From contig JAWOBN010000109.1 of assembly GCA_046484245.1 (NCBI GenBank), forward strand, positions 1-15,205: a stretch of 15,205 bases of DNA, given 5' to 3'. This stretch comes from a bacterium. Its GTDB lineage: Bacteria; Hydrothermota; 32-111. Positions 1 through 6,796 of the stretch are shown in pieces; position 1 is the stretch's first letter; every line of letters starts with the position of its first letter. The translations under genes were made by a program, and so were the position numbers. The notes below the pieces were generated by a model. That model saw only the letters and a program-made list of their open reading frames with translations. It was not told the DNA's origin and did no database searches.

Positions 1-1
1 C

Positions 2-211
2 GGAAACGGAAACGGAAACGGAAACGGAAACGGTAATAATGGCAACAATGGAAACAATGGAAACGGCAATGAAGGCAATGATGGCAATGGAAACAATGGA
101 AACAATGGAAACAATGGAAACAATGGAAACGGCAATGAAGGCAATGATGGCAATGGAAACAATGGCGATAATGGAAACGGCAATGATGGCAATGGCAACA
201 ATAATGGCAAT
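2..211 (+). repeat. Coding tandem repeats (GGAAAC)n and (GGAAACAAT)n, plus an exact 56-bp direct repeat
   Basis: GGAAAC x5 at 2-31; a GGAAACAAT array at about 89-124; bases 44-99 are identical to 110-165 (66-bp, in-frame offset). Confidence 0.9.
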
Positions 212-619
212 AAGGACAAAGACAAGGACAGGAATAGAAACAGAGAGAGGGATGATCAGGGCAATCATTACGGCTGGGAAAAAGATAAGGACAATAATGA
301 TAATGACAATGACAATGGATACGGTAATGACAACAGGTACAGGGATAACAATAGATACAGAAGGTCGGGCGGCAGCAGCACATCTTCATCAGCATGCTGT
401 CTTGCAGGATGTGTAAGCGGGACATTGTTCAATGCACCCGGCTGCCTTGCTGCAACAGGTGTAAGCTGTATGATGCCTTCAAGCAGCGGCAACAATACTG
501 CCCAGGCATTCATAGGCGGAACAGTGGGCACTGTTATCAATACAGTTATTGTCAGTATTGTACTGTATAATACATGGACAGGATTCCGCAACTGGGTTGA
601 TGATAATACAACTAATTGA
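2..619 (+). CDS. 5'-truncated Gly/Asn-rich low-complexity protein with a charged linker and a Cys-rich hydrophobic C-terminus (probable membrane protein, function unknown)
   Basis: Frame 2 is open from base 2 to TGA 617-619: GNGNGNGNGNGNNGNN...NKDKDKDRNRNRERDDQGNHYGWEKDKD...RRSGGSSTSSSACCLAGCVSGTLFNAPGCLAATGVSC...AFIGGTVGTVINTVIVSIVLYNTW...TTN*. It includes the 425..619 ORF of the track, and its stop overlaps the uvrB ATG (TGATG). Confidence 0.85.
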   Translation, partial: GNGNGNGNGNGNNGNNGNNGNGNEGNDGNGNNGNNGNNGNNGNGNEGNDGNGNNGDNGNGNDGNGNNNGNKDKDKDRNRNRERDDQGNHYGWEKDKDNNDNDNDNGYGNDNRYRDNNRYRRSGGSSTSSSACCLAGCVSGTLFNAPGCLAATGVSCMMPSSSGNNTAQAFIGGTVGTVINTVIVSIVLYNTWTGFRNWVDDNTTN

Positions 620-2619
620 TGAAATTTAAATTAATATCCCCCTATGAACCTGCAGGTGATCAGGCTCCGGCAATAGCAGAACTCGCAGGAGGGGTAAGAG
701 AGAACCGCGATTATCAGGTCCTGCTGGGAATCACGGGCTCAGGCAAGACATTCACAATAGCCAATGTCATAGAGAATCTGGGCAGACAGACACTCATACT
801 TTCACATAATAAGACACTTGCAGCACAGCTCTACGGTGAACTCAAGACACTGTTCCCCAATAATGCTGTTGAGTACTTTATTTCATACTATGACTACTAT
901 CAGCCTGAGGCATATCTTGCTGACAGGGATGTGTTTATTGAAAAGGAAGCAACTGTCAATAAAGAGATTGAAAAGATGCGCCTGAGAACAACTGCATCCC
1001 TCTTTTCCAGAGATGATGTTATTGTTGTTTCCTCAGTATCATCAATCTATACACTCGGATCACCTGATGAATTTGAGAAGAGCATATTCAATATTGAGAA
1101 GAATACGGTTATTCCCATGGACGGATTCATTGAAAAACTCCTCATGATGCAGTATGAGCGCAATGATGTTGAATTTGAGAGGGGGAAATTCCGTGTGAGG
1201 GGCGATACTGTTGATATATTCCCTGCATATCTGGAGAAGGCATACAGGATAATGTTCTTTGACAATGAGATTGAGGATATAAGGGTACTGGATTATCACA
1301 ACAATTCACTGGGGGATTCCATTGATAATCTCATTCTCTATCCTGCAAGTCATTTTGTCACATCCGCCAGTAAGATTGAGAGGGCTGTACTTGATATAGA
1401 GCGAGAGCTCAGGGAGAGGGTCAGGGAATTGAAAGAGCAGGGCAAGGAGCTGGAATCAGAGAGATTACTGTCCAGAACAGGTTATGATCTGGAATTGATG
1501 AGGGAAATAGGATTCTGCCCCGGAATTGAGAATTACTCACGTCATATTGACCGGAGAGCCCCCGGGCAGAGGCCCTACACATTGCTGGATTATTTCAGGG
1601 ATGATTTTCTCACTGTTATTGATGAATCCCATGTGACAATACCACAGATAAGGGGCATGTATAATGGTGACAGGTCAAGGAAGCAGACACTTGTTGATTA
1701 CGGTTTCCGTCTTCCATCAGCACTGGACAACAGACCGCTCCGTCTCCATGAATTTGAGAAAGTGACTGGCTCCAAGATATGCATGTCGGCAACACCATCT
1801 GATTATGAAGTGGAGAAAGCCGGTGAAATAACAAGGATGATAATAAGACCTACAGGTCTTGTTGACCCGGAGGTGATTGTCCGGCCTGCGGAGAATCAGG
1901 TTGACAATCTGGAGAATGAGATAAGGAAGACCATTGAAAGGGATGAGAGGGTGCTTGTAACAACACTGACAAAGAAAATGGCGGAATCACTGACAGATTA
2001 CCTCAAGAAGCGCAAATTCAATGTCCGTTATATGCATTCGGATATTGATGCAATAGAGAGGGTGGATATTATCAGGGGATTGAGACTGAGGGAATTTGAT
2101 ATACTGGTGGGGATCAATCTCCTGAGAGAGGGCCTTGATCTGCCGGAGGTTTCACTTGTTGCAATACTGGATGCAGACAGAGAGGGATTTCTTCGCTCAG
2201 AGACATCACTGATACAGACAATAGGCAGGGCGTCGCGCAATGTCAACGGCAGGGTGATACTCTACGGTGATAAAATGACAGGCAGTATGGAAAGGGCAAT
2301 TGACATAACAATGAGAAGAAGGGAAAAACAGATTGCATATAATAAAGAGCATAGTATTACCCCCCGCACAATTGAGAAATCCAGGGATGATGTGCTTATT
2401 ATAACAGAGGTTGCTTCAAGGAAGAAGAAAGAGAAACTCAATATTGATACAGACAGCATGACAAATATTGAGAAACTTCAGCTGATAAATACATTGACAT
2501 CAAAGATGCATGAAAGGGCTGCTGAACTGGAGTTTGAGGATGCAGCCCTCATAAGGGATGAGATAAAGAGGATTAAGAGGGAGATAAAAAAGAATAATGA
2601 GGTAAAAGGTAAAAGGTAA
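619..2619 (+). CDS. uvrB: Excinuclease ABC subunit B
   Basis: Motifs PAGDQ, Walker A LLGITGSGKT, HNKTLAAQLY, beta-hairpin YFISYYDYYQPEAY, DESH, GINLLREGLDLPEV, QTIGRASRN, and a C-terminal UVR domain (LEFEDAALIRDEI). ATG 619 is preferred over TTG 616 because it overlaps the upstream TGA. Confidence 0.98.
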   Translation: MKFKLISPYEPAGDQAPAIAELAGGVRENRDYQVLLGITGSGKTFTIANVIENLGRQTLILSHNKTLAAQLYGELKTLFPNNAVEYFISYYDYYQPEAYLADRDVFIEKEATVNKEIEKMRLRTTASLFSRDDVIVVSSVSSIYTLGSPDEFEKSIFNIEKNTVIPMDGFIEKLLMMQYERNDVEFERGKFRVRGDTVDIFPAYLEKAYRIMFFDNEIEDIRVLDYHNNSLGDSIDNLILYPASHFVTSASKIERAVLDIERELRERVRELKEQGKELESERLLSRTGYDLELMREIGFCPGIENYSRHIDRRAPGQRPYTLLDYFRDDFLTVIDESHVTIPQIRGMYNGDRSRKQTLVDYGFRLPSALDNRPLRLHEFEKVTGSKICMSATPSDYEVEKAGEITRMIIRPTGLVDPEVIVRPAENQVDNLENEIRKTIERDERVLVTTLTKKMAESLTDYLKKRKFNVRYMHSDIDAIERVDIIRGLRLREFDILVGINLLREGLDLPEVSLVAILDADREGFLRSETSLIQTIGRASRNVNGRVILYGDKMTGSMERAIDITMRRREKQIAYNKEHSITPRTIEKSRDDVLIITEVASRKKKEKLNIDTDSMTNIEKLQLINTLTSKMHERAAELEFEDAALIRDEIKRIKREIKKNNEVKGKR

Positions 2620-2628
2620 AAGGTAAAA
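2601..2628 (+). repeat. Heptamer tandem repeat (GGTAAAA)x4 containing the uvrB stop codon
   Basis: Four exact copies start at 2601, 2608, 2615 and 2622; TAA 2617-2619 lies in the third copy. Confidence 0.9.
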
Positions 2629-2645
2629 GAATAAAGACCGTGCGT

Positions 2646-2678
2646 TTCGCGCGATTCGTGCGAATTCGTGCGGTTCGT
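2646..2678 (+). repeat. 9-10-nt periodic repeat TTCGYGCG
   Basis: TTCGCGCGA / TTCGTGCGAA / TTCGTGCGG / TTCGT. Confidence 0.8.
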
Positions 2679-2860
2679 ATATGTAAATAGTGGGCCATGA
2701 GAGAACGGAAAACGGAAAACGACGGAAAGAATGTATAGCCAACCAAGAGAGTTTAATTCTATCCAATTCCCGGGGACGTCTCTTTATATTGTAGAAAATA
2801 TAATGTCAGAGGAGAGAGAATTAGTTGTTTGTGACTGGTATTCGAGGTCAATGGTCAAAG

Positions 2861-3226
2861 AAGGTAAAAGGTAAAAGAAGACCGGAGTCTGCCATCAGCC
2901 ATCGGATGCCGGCCACCAGTTTTTGAGCTGACCGAGCCATGAACAGGAAAATCGTAGGGGTTCAACAATGCGAAGCCTATTTAGAGAAGGTTTGAGAACT
3001 GCCCTATAATCAATCCTTGGAACTTGCAAACCTGTAACCTGAAACTGACTTTCTTCTTTTACTGCCCGTTCTAATCATTCTACTCATCGTGTACTCGCAC
3101 GTATAATACAAAAGTATCGTTTTCCATTGTACGGTCTTCCATGGCTGGCTATTCACAGAGCCGATAGCCGGTAGCCGGTAGCCGGCAGCTGAAAGCCGAC
3201 TCCGGTCCTCTTTTACCTTTTACCTT
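2861..3226. repeat. 39-bp imperfect inverted repeat pair (2861-2899 and 3188-3226) enclosing 288 bp; MITE-like or empty-cassette architecture
   Basis: Left arm AAGGTAAAAGGTAAAAGAAGACCGGAGTCTGCCATCAGC versus reverse complement of right arm AAGGTAAAAGGTAAAAGAGGACCGGAGTCGGCTTTCAGC: 35/39 identical. Confidence 0.85.
2954..2980 (+). repeat. Degenerate GTAG-type REP-like palindrome
   Basis: GTAGGGGTTCAACAATGCGAAGCCTAT: a GTAG tetranucleotide followed by an imperfect hairpin (TAGG..TTC / GAA.CCTA). Confidence 0.5.
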
Positions 3227-3262
3227 GTAGCTTTTACCTTCTCTACGCAAAACGCAAAACGC
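3158..3262 (+). repeat. Cluster of heptamer tandem repeats
   Basis: GAGCCGA-TAGCCGG-TAGCCGG-TAGCCGG-CAGCTGA-AAGCCGA (3158-3199); TTTTACC x2 (3211-3224) plus a third copy near 3232; ACGCAAA x2.5 (3245-3262). Confidence 0.85.
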
Positions 3263-3275
3263 TTTTTTTATTCAC

Positions 3276-3304
3276 TTGACTATTATGGATAAATATTATA
3301 AAAT
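3276..3304 (+). promoter_or_regulatory. Sigma70-type promoter upstream of the lipoprotein / acyl-CoA ligase / LptE-like genes
   Basis: TTGACT (3276-3281), 17-bp spacer, TAAAAT (3299-3304); SD AGGAGG at 3321-3326 before ATG 3331. Confidence 0.7.
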
Positions 3305-3330
3305 CTATATAACAATACACAGGAGGTAAA

Positions 3331-3954
3331 ATGAATTCAAGAATGAAGGTTTGGAGAGTGATTGTTTTAATAGGGGTATTGGCTGTGGTTTCTTGTACTG
3401 TTCTTCCATGGGTCAAGGATGTAAATAATATTCAGGACTGGATATCTCTGCCGGGCACAGGAACAGAGTATGAATATGAAATTGTAACAACATCCGGAGG
3501 AAATACAGCAACGGATTATTTGACATATACAGTAAAGGGTATTGAGGAGAAATCCGACAGAGTAGTCATTGAGGTAAGAGAGGAATGGAATGGCAATTAT
3601 GATTATGATTATCTTATTATTGAAAAGGACGAAGGTGTTATTGCAATGAGCAATAATGAATACTATGATAAATATGATGATGATATCATTCTTTCTATTC
3701 CTGTTGAAGTAGGCAATGACTGGCTTGTTGACGACAATGAAAAACTATATGAGATAACTGCAATAGGTGAGACAAAAGAGGTTAAAGCAGGTTCTTACAG
3801 TGATTGTATTGTTGTTGAAAGATATCAAAATGATGTTTCTGAAAAGTATTATTATTCACCTTCAGCAGGTATGATTGTATATTCTTCTTACACTATCTCC
3901 ACTGAATATTACAATTACAGACAGATAATGGAATTGAGAAGCCTTACAAGATAG
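3331..3954 (+). CDS. Predicted lipoprotein, beta-rich, DUF3108/TapB-like
   Basis: Strong SD; basic n-region, hydrophobic h-region and lipobox (LAVVS-C22). The C-terminal motif V-KAG-SY-xDC...YYSPSAGMIV resembles the 'VPAGTF-DC...WYAPGVGLV' pattern; the family assignment is from motif recognition only. Confidence 0.75.
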   Translation: MNSRMKVWRVIVLIGVLAVVSCTVLPWVKDVNNIQDWISLPGTGTEYEYEIVTTSGGNTATDYLTYTVKGIEEKSDRVVIEVREEWNGNYDYDYLIIEKDEGVIAMSNNEYYDKYDDDIILSIPVEVGNDWLVDDNEKLYEITAIGETKEVKAGSYSDCIVVERYQNDVSEKYYYSPSAGMIVYSSYTISTEYYNYRQIMELRSLTR

Positions 3955-3996
3955 TAATTTCAGTAACAGTATAAAATATTTTAAAGGGGTAAGCAT

Positions 3997-5712
3997 ATGG
4001 AACTCTTTTGTATAAAAGACCTGCCCAAAATGTCTGCTGAAAGATTCGGCGACAAAACAGCAATGCAGATAAAAAAAGCCGGGGAGTTCAGGGAATATTC
4101 ATTCAATGATATTGAAGAGCAGTCCAATGCACTTGCCGAATACCTCATGGCTAACAGGATAAAGGGCGGCAAGGCATTTGCGGTTCTCGGTGAGAACAGG
4201 CCGGAATGGGGAATATCGTATTTTGCCATTGCAAAGACAGGCGCCTATATTATACCGGTTGACTCCATGCAGAAGGAGAGAGAGGTAAAGACAGCACTGC
4301 ATTTTTCACAGGCAAAGGGTATATTCGTGTCATCCGCTTATCTTGATGTGATAAAGGAGATAAAGGACCAGCTGCCTCACCTTAAATATGTTATATCAAT
4401 GGACAGTACAGAACATCCATATGAAGTATCCTTCAATGAGGCATTGGAGGAAGGCAGGCGTATTGTTGCGTCAGGCAAGAGGAGAACCGAGGGTGTCAGA
4501 TGCGGACTTGATGATGAGTATGTCATTATATTCACATCCGGGACAACAGGCACTTCAAAGGGCGTAATGCTCACAAACAGGAATGTGTCATATGATATAA
4601 TCAATTCGGAGACACTCATAGGAGTAGAGGAAAATGACAAATTCATATCTCTTTTACCTCTTCATCACACATTTGAGGCAACAGCAGGATTCCTCCTGCC
4701 CTTTACATTCGGTAATACAATCACCTATGCCCGCTCACTGAAATCCAAGGAGATCGTGGAGGACATTGCAGACAGCGGCACAACGATAATGCTCGGCGTG
4801 CCTCTGCTCTTTGAAAAGATAATAAAGGGTATAATGAGGGCAATACGGCAGTCGCCTGTCAAAAGAACACTGATAGGTTCAATGCTCGGCATAGAGAAGG
4901 GTACAAAAAAGGTGCTGGGCATGAAGCTGGGCAGTTCACTGTTCAGTTCACTGAGGGAAAAAGCGGGTCTGGGCACAGTGCGTCTGATGATATCAGGCGG
5001 TGCTGCACTCAAGCCGGATATTGCAGAGGCATTTGAGAGTTTCGGTTTCACTCTCTTTCAGGGTTACGGACTCACTGAGACAAGCCCCATTGCATCCATT
5101 AATCCTGTTGACAATTACAAGCATGATTCAATAGGTGTTCCCATACCCGGAGTGGAGATTGAGATTGACAGTCCCAATGAGAATGGCCATGGCGAACTCA
5201 AAATATGGGGACCTATTATAATGAAGGGATATTACAAGAATCAGAAAGCCACGGATGATGTGATAAAAGACAGCTGGTTCTTTACAGGGGATATAGGATA
5301 CAAGGATGAGGACGGATTTCTATACATATCAGGCAGAAAGAAAGCACTGATTGTCACTGAGGCAGGCAAGAATGTGTATCCGGAGGAGATTGAAGAGAGA
5401 CTGGCAGAGAGTGATTATATTGAAGAGGCGCTTGTTCTGCCCTTTGAGAATGTATCAACCAAAAGGGAAGAGGTCGGAGCCATTATCTACCCCAATCCGG
5501 ATATTATAGAGAGATTCATGAAGGAATGCTCGGAGGAGGAAGCTGACAGTAAGCTGAAAAAAATAATCAAAAAAGAGATCAATAAATTATCACGCGACTT
5601 TGCCCCCTATAAGAGGGTGAAGCATTTTAATCTGAGGTATGAAGAATTTCCCAAGACAACGACCAAAAAGATCAAGCGTTATTTATTCAATAGTCTTGCT
5701 ATTGATGATTAG
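3997..5712 (+). CDS. Long-chain fatty acid--CoA ligase (AMP-binding, FadD-like)
   Basis: A3 motif IIFTSGTTGTSKGV, LPLHH, ISGGAAL, QGYGLTETSP, GELKIWGPIIMKGYY, FTGDIG, GRKKALIV, and A10 motif PKTTTKK. Confidence 0.93.
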   Translation: MELFCIKDLPKMSAERFGDKTAMQIKKAGEFREYSFNDIEEQSNALAEYLMANRIKGGKAFAVLGENRPEWGISYFAIAKTGAYIIPVDSMQKEREVKTALHFSQAKGIFVSSAYLDVIKEIKDQLPHLKYVISMDSTEHPYEVSFNEALEEGRRIVASGKRRTEGVRCGLDDEYVIIFTSGTTGTSKGVMLTNRNVSYDIINSETLIGVEENDKFISLLPLHHTFEATAGFLLPFTFGNTITYARSLKSKEIVEDIADSGTTIMLGVPLLFEKIIKGIMRAIRQSPVKRTLIGSMLGIEKGTKKVLGMKLGSSLFSSLREKAGLGTVRLMISGGAALKPDIAEAFESFGFTLFQGYGLTETSPIASINPVDNYKHDSIGVPIPGVEIEIDSPNENGHGELKIWGPIIMKGYYKNQKATDDVIKDSWFFTGDIGYKDEDGFLYISGRKKALIVTEAGKNVYPEEIEERLAESDYIEEALVLPFENVSTKREEVGAIIYPNPDIIERFMKECSEEEADSKLKKIIKKEINKLSRDFAPYKRVKHFNLRYEEFPKTTTKKIKRYLFNSLAIDD

Positions 5713-6127
5713 CGCGTCTCTTGCAGGGTGTAATTACTCATTCTACAAGGGCAAACTCCCCTACGGGAGCTTGAATATTGCCGGTATAGAGAATGCTTCC
5801 TATTACAGTGACCTGACAGAGAAGATGGACGGGTTTCTCTATGAGATAATACCTGCATACAGCGGTATGGAGATAGACAGAGGCTCCGACAATACCCTCA
5901 ATGTATTCATTGAATCCTATGCAAGGAATCCGTATAATTATAATGAAGCAGGCAATATACTTGATTACAGATATTCTTTCTCTGCCCGGTTCAGTGTCAA
6001 TGACTCCACTGTTCCTGTATCTGTAAGCAAATTGCTTGATGCCGATATACCCGAACCCGCTGCCAGAGACAGTATCGTGACAGAGTCAATCAGGAATTTT
6101 ATTGACAAACTCCGCAGTGAATTCTGA
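5639..6127 (+). CDS. LptE-like (LPS-assembly) lipoprotein
   Basis: Signal KRSSVIYSIVLLLMISASLAG-C with a canonical LAGC lipobox, followed by NYSF..G.LP...L.I..IEN.S....L.E, as in LptE-family N-termini; mature length is about 130 aa. The start is uncertain (74-bp overlap with the upstream gene). Confidence 0.65.
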   Translation: MKNFPRQRPKRSSVIYSIVLLLMISASLAGCNYSFYKGKLPYGSLNIAGIENASYYSDLTEKMDGFLYEIIPAYSGMEIDRGSDNTLNVFIESYARNPYNYNEAGNILDYRYSFSARFSVNDSTVPVSVSKLLDADIPEPAARDSIVTESIRNFIDKLRSEF

Positions 6128-6137
6128 TTGAATGTTC

Positions 6138-6166
6138 TTGACATCCACTGCGTAAATTGATATTCT
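6138..6166 (+). promoter_or_regulatory. Sigma70-type promoter (extended -10) for the HU - bS22 - tRNA unit
   Basis: TTGACA (6138-6143), 17-bp spacer ending in TGA, then TATTCT (6161-6166). Confidence 0.7.
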
Positions 6167-6197
6167 TATATACAAAACAAAATGTAAAGGGGGATTT

Positions 6198-6491
6198 ATG
6201 GCAACGAGAACAAAGGCTGACATTGTAGATATGATCTCTGAAAGAACAGGTGTTATGCAGAAGGATGTTTCCCTCTGTATGGAAGAACTCCTGAAGGTCA
6301 TAACAGAGGTTCTTGAAGAGCGCGACAGGATAGAGATACGCGGGCTCGGTGTATTCAAGACAAAGAAGAGGAATGCGCGTATTGCAAAGCATCCCAAGAC
6401 AAAAGAGGAGATACAAGTACCCGAAAGAGTGGTGCCTTTATTCAAGCCGTCAAAGATCTTGAAAGAGAAAGTGGAAAAAGCAAACAAGTAA
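6198..6491 (+). CDS. HU/IHF family DNA-binding protein
   Basis: TKADIV..IS, RIEIRGLGVF..KKR.AR...HPKTKEEIQVPERVVPLFKPSK.LKEKV; SD-like GGGGG upstream. Confidence 0.95.
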   Translation: MATRTKADIVDMISERTGVMQKDVSLCMEELLKVITEVLEERDRIEIRGLGVFKTKKRNARIAKHPKTKEEIQVPERVVPLFKPSKILKEKVEKANK

Positions 6492-6504
6492 TCATGGAGG
6501 ACAA

Positions 6505-6597
6505 ATGCCCAGCGGGAAGAAAAGAAAGAGAAAGAAGATTGCCACTCATAAGAGAAAAAAGAGAAGAAAGGCAAGAAGACACAAGAAGAGGAAATGA
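6505..6597 (+). CDS. Small basic ribosomal protein bS22 (AURKAIP1/COX24 / mS38-like), 30 aa
   Basis: SD GGAGG at 6496-6500, ATG 6505, translation MPSGKKRKRKKIATHKRKKRRKARRHKKRK*. This matches the Bacteroidota-type bS22 pattern MPSGKKRKRxKxATHKRKKR. It is below the ORF-track length cutoff. Confidence 0.9.
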   Translation: MPSGKKRKRKKIATHKRKKRRKARRHKKRK

Positions 6598-6599
6598 AT

Positions 6600-6673
6600 G
6601 CACCCGTAGCTCAAATGGATAGAGCAGCGGATTCCGGTTCCGCAGGCTGAAGGTTCAAATCCTTTCGGGTGTA
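6600..6673 (+). tRNA. tRNA-Arg, anticodon CCG (CCA not encoded)
   Basis: Acceptor stem GCACCCG/CGGGTGT, D-arm GCTC-AAATGGATA-GAGC, anticodon arm GCGGA-TTCCGGT-TCCGC, T-arm GAAGG-TTCAAAT-CCTTT, discriminator A. Confidence 0.95.
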
Positions 6674-6683
6674 TATAATGTAC

Positions 6684-6712
6684 TTGACAATTAAAAAAAA
6701 TTATTATAAAAT
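6684..6712 (+). promoter_or_regulatory. Sigma70-type promoter for the outer-membrane operon
   Basis: TTGACA (6684-6689), 17-bp spacer, TAAAAT (6707-6712), in an AT-rich context. Confidence 0.75.
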
Positions 6713-6796
6713 AATTAAAACCAGGAGGTGACAATCGGAAAGAAAATTCGCACAGAGAACAAAAGACAATTAACAAAATCTCAAATAGGAGGTACA

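Noticed and set aside
39..416. ORF-track 125-aa Met/Glu/Thr-repeat protein (METMETMET)
   Set aside because: It is an off-frame shadow of the GGAAACAAT repeats. Frame 2 is open throughout and couples to uvrB.
425..619. Stand-alone 64-aa ORF
   Set aside because: It is the C-terminus of the longer frame-2 CDS; there is no upstream in-frame stop in the window.
2500..2766. Minus-strand 88-aa ORF
   Set aside because: It is made of translated repeats, overlaps uvrB antisense and has no recognisable motif.
3080..3142. Minus-strand 20-codon ORF (MEDRTMENDTFVLYVRVHDE) inside the inverted repeat
   Set aside because: It has no SD and no recognisable similarity, and this length is expected by chance.
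2601..3262. CRISPR array
   Set aside because: There are no 23-47-bp direct repeats with regular unique spacers and no cas genes.
6600..6700. tRNA-Arg as the integration site of a genomic island carrying the TBDR operon
   Set aside because: I see no integrase, no duplicated tRNA 3' end in the window and no evident compositional break.
6728..6796. GTG start giving a 650-aa version of the Asp-box protein
   Set aside because: The GTG lies within the SD-like motif itself. ATG 6797 has a well-spaced SD and begins a typical signal peptide.
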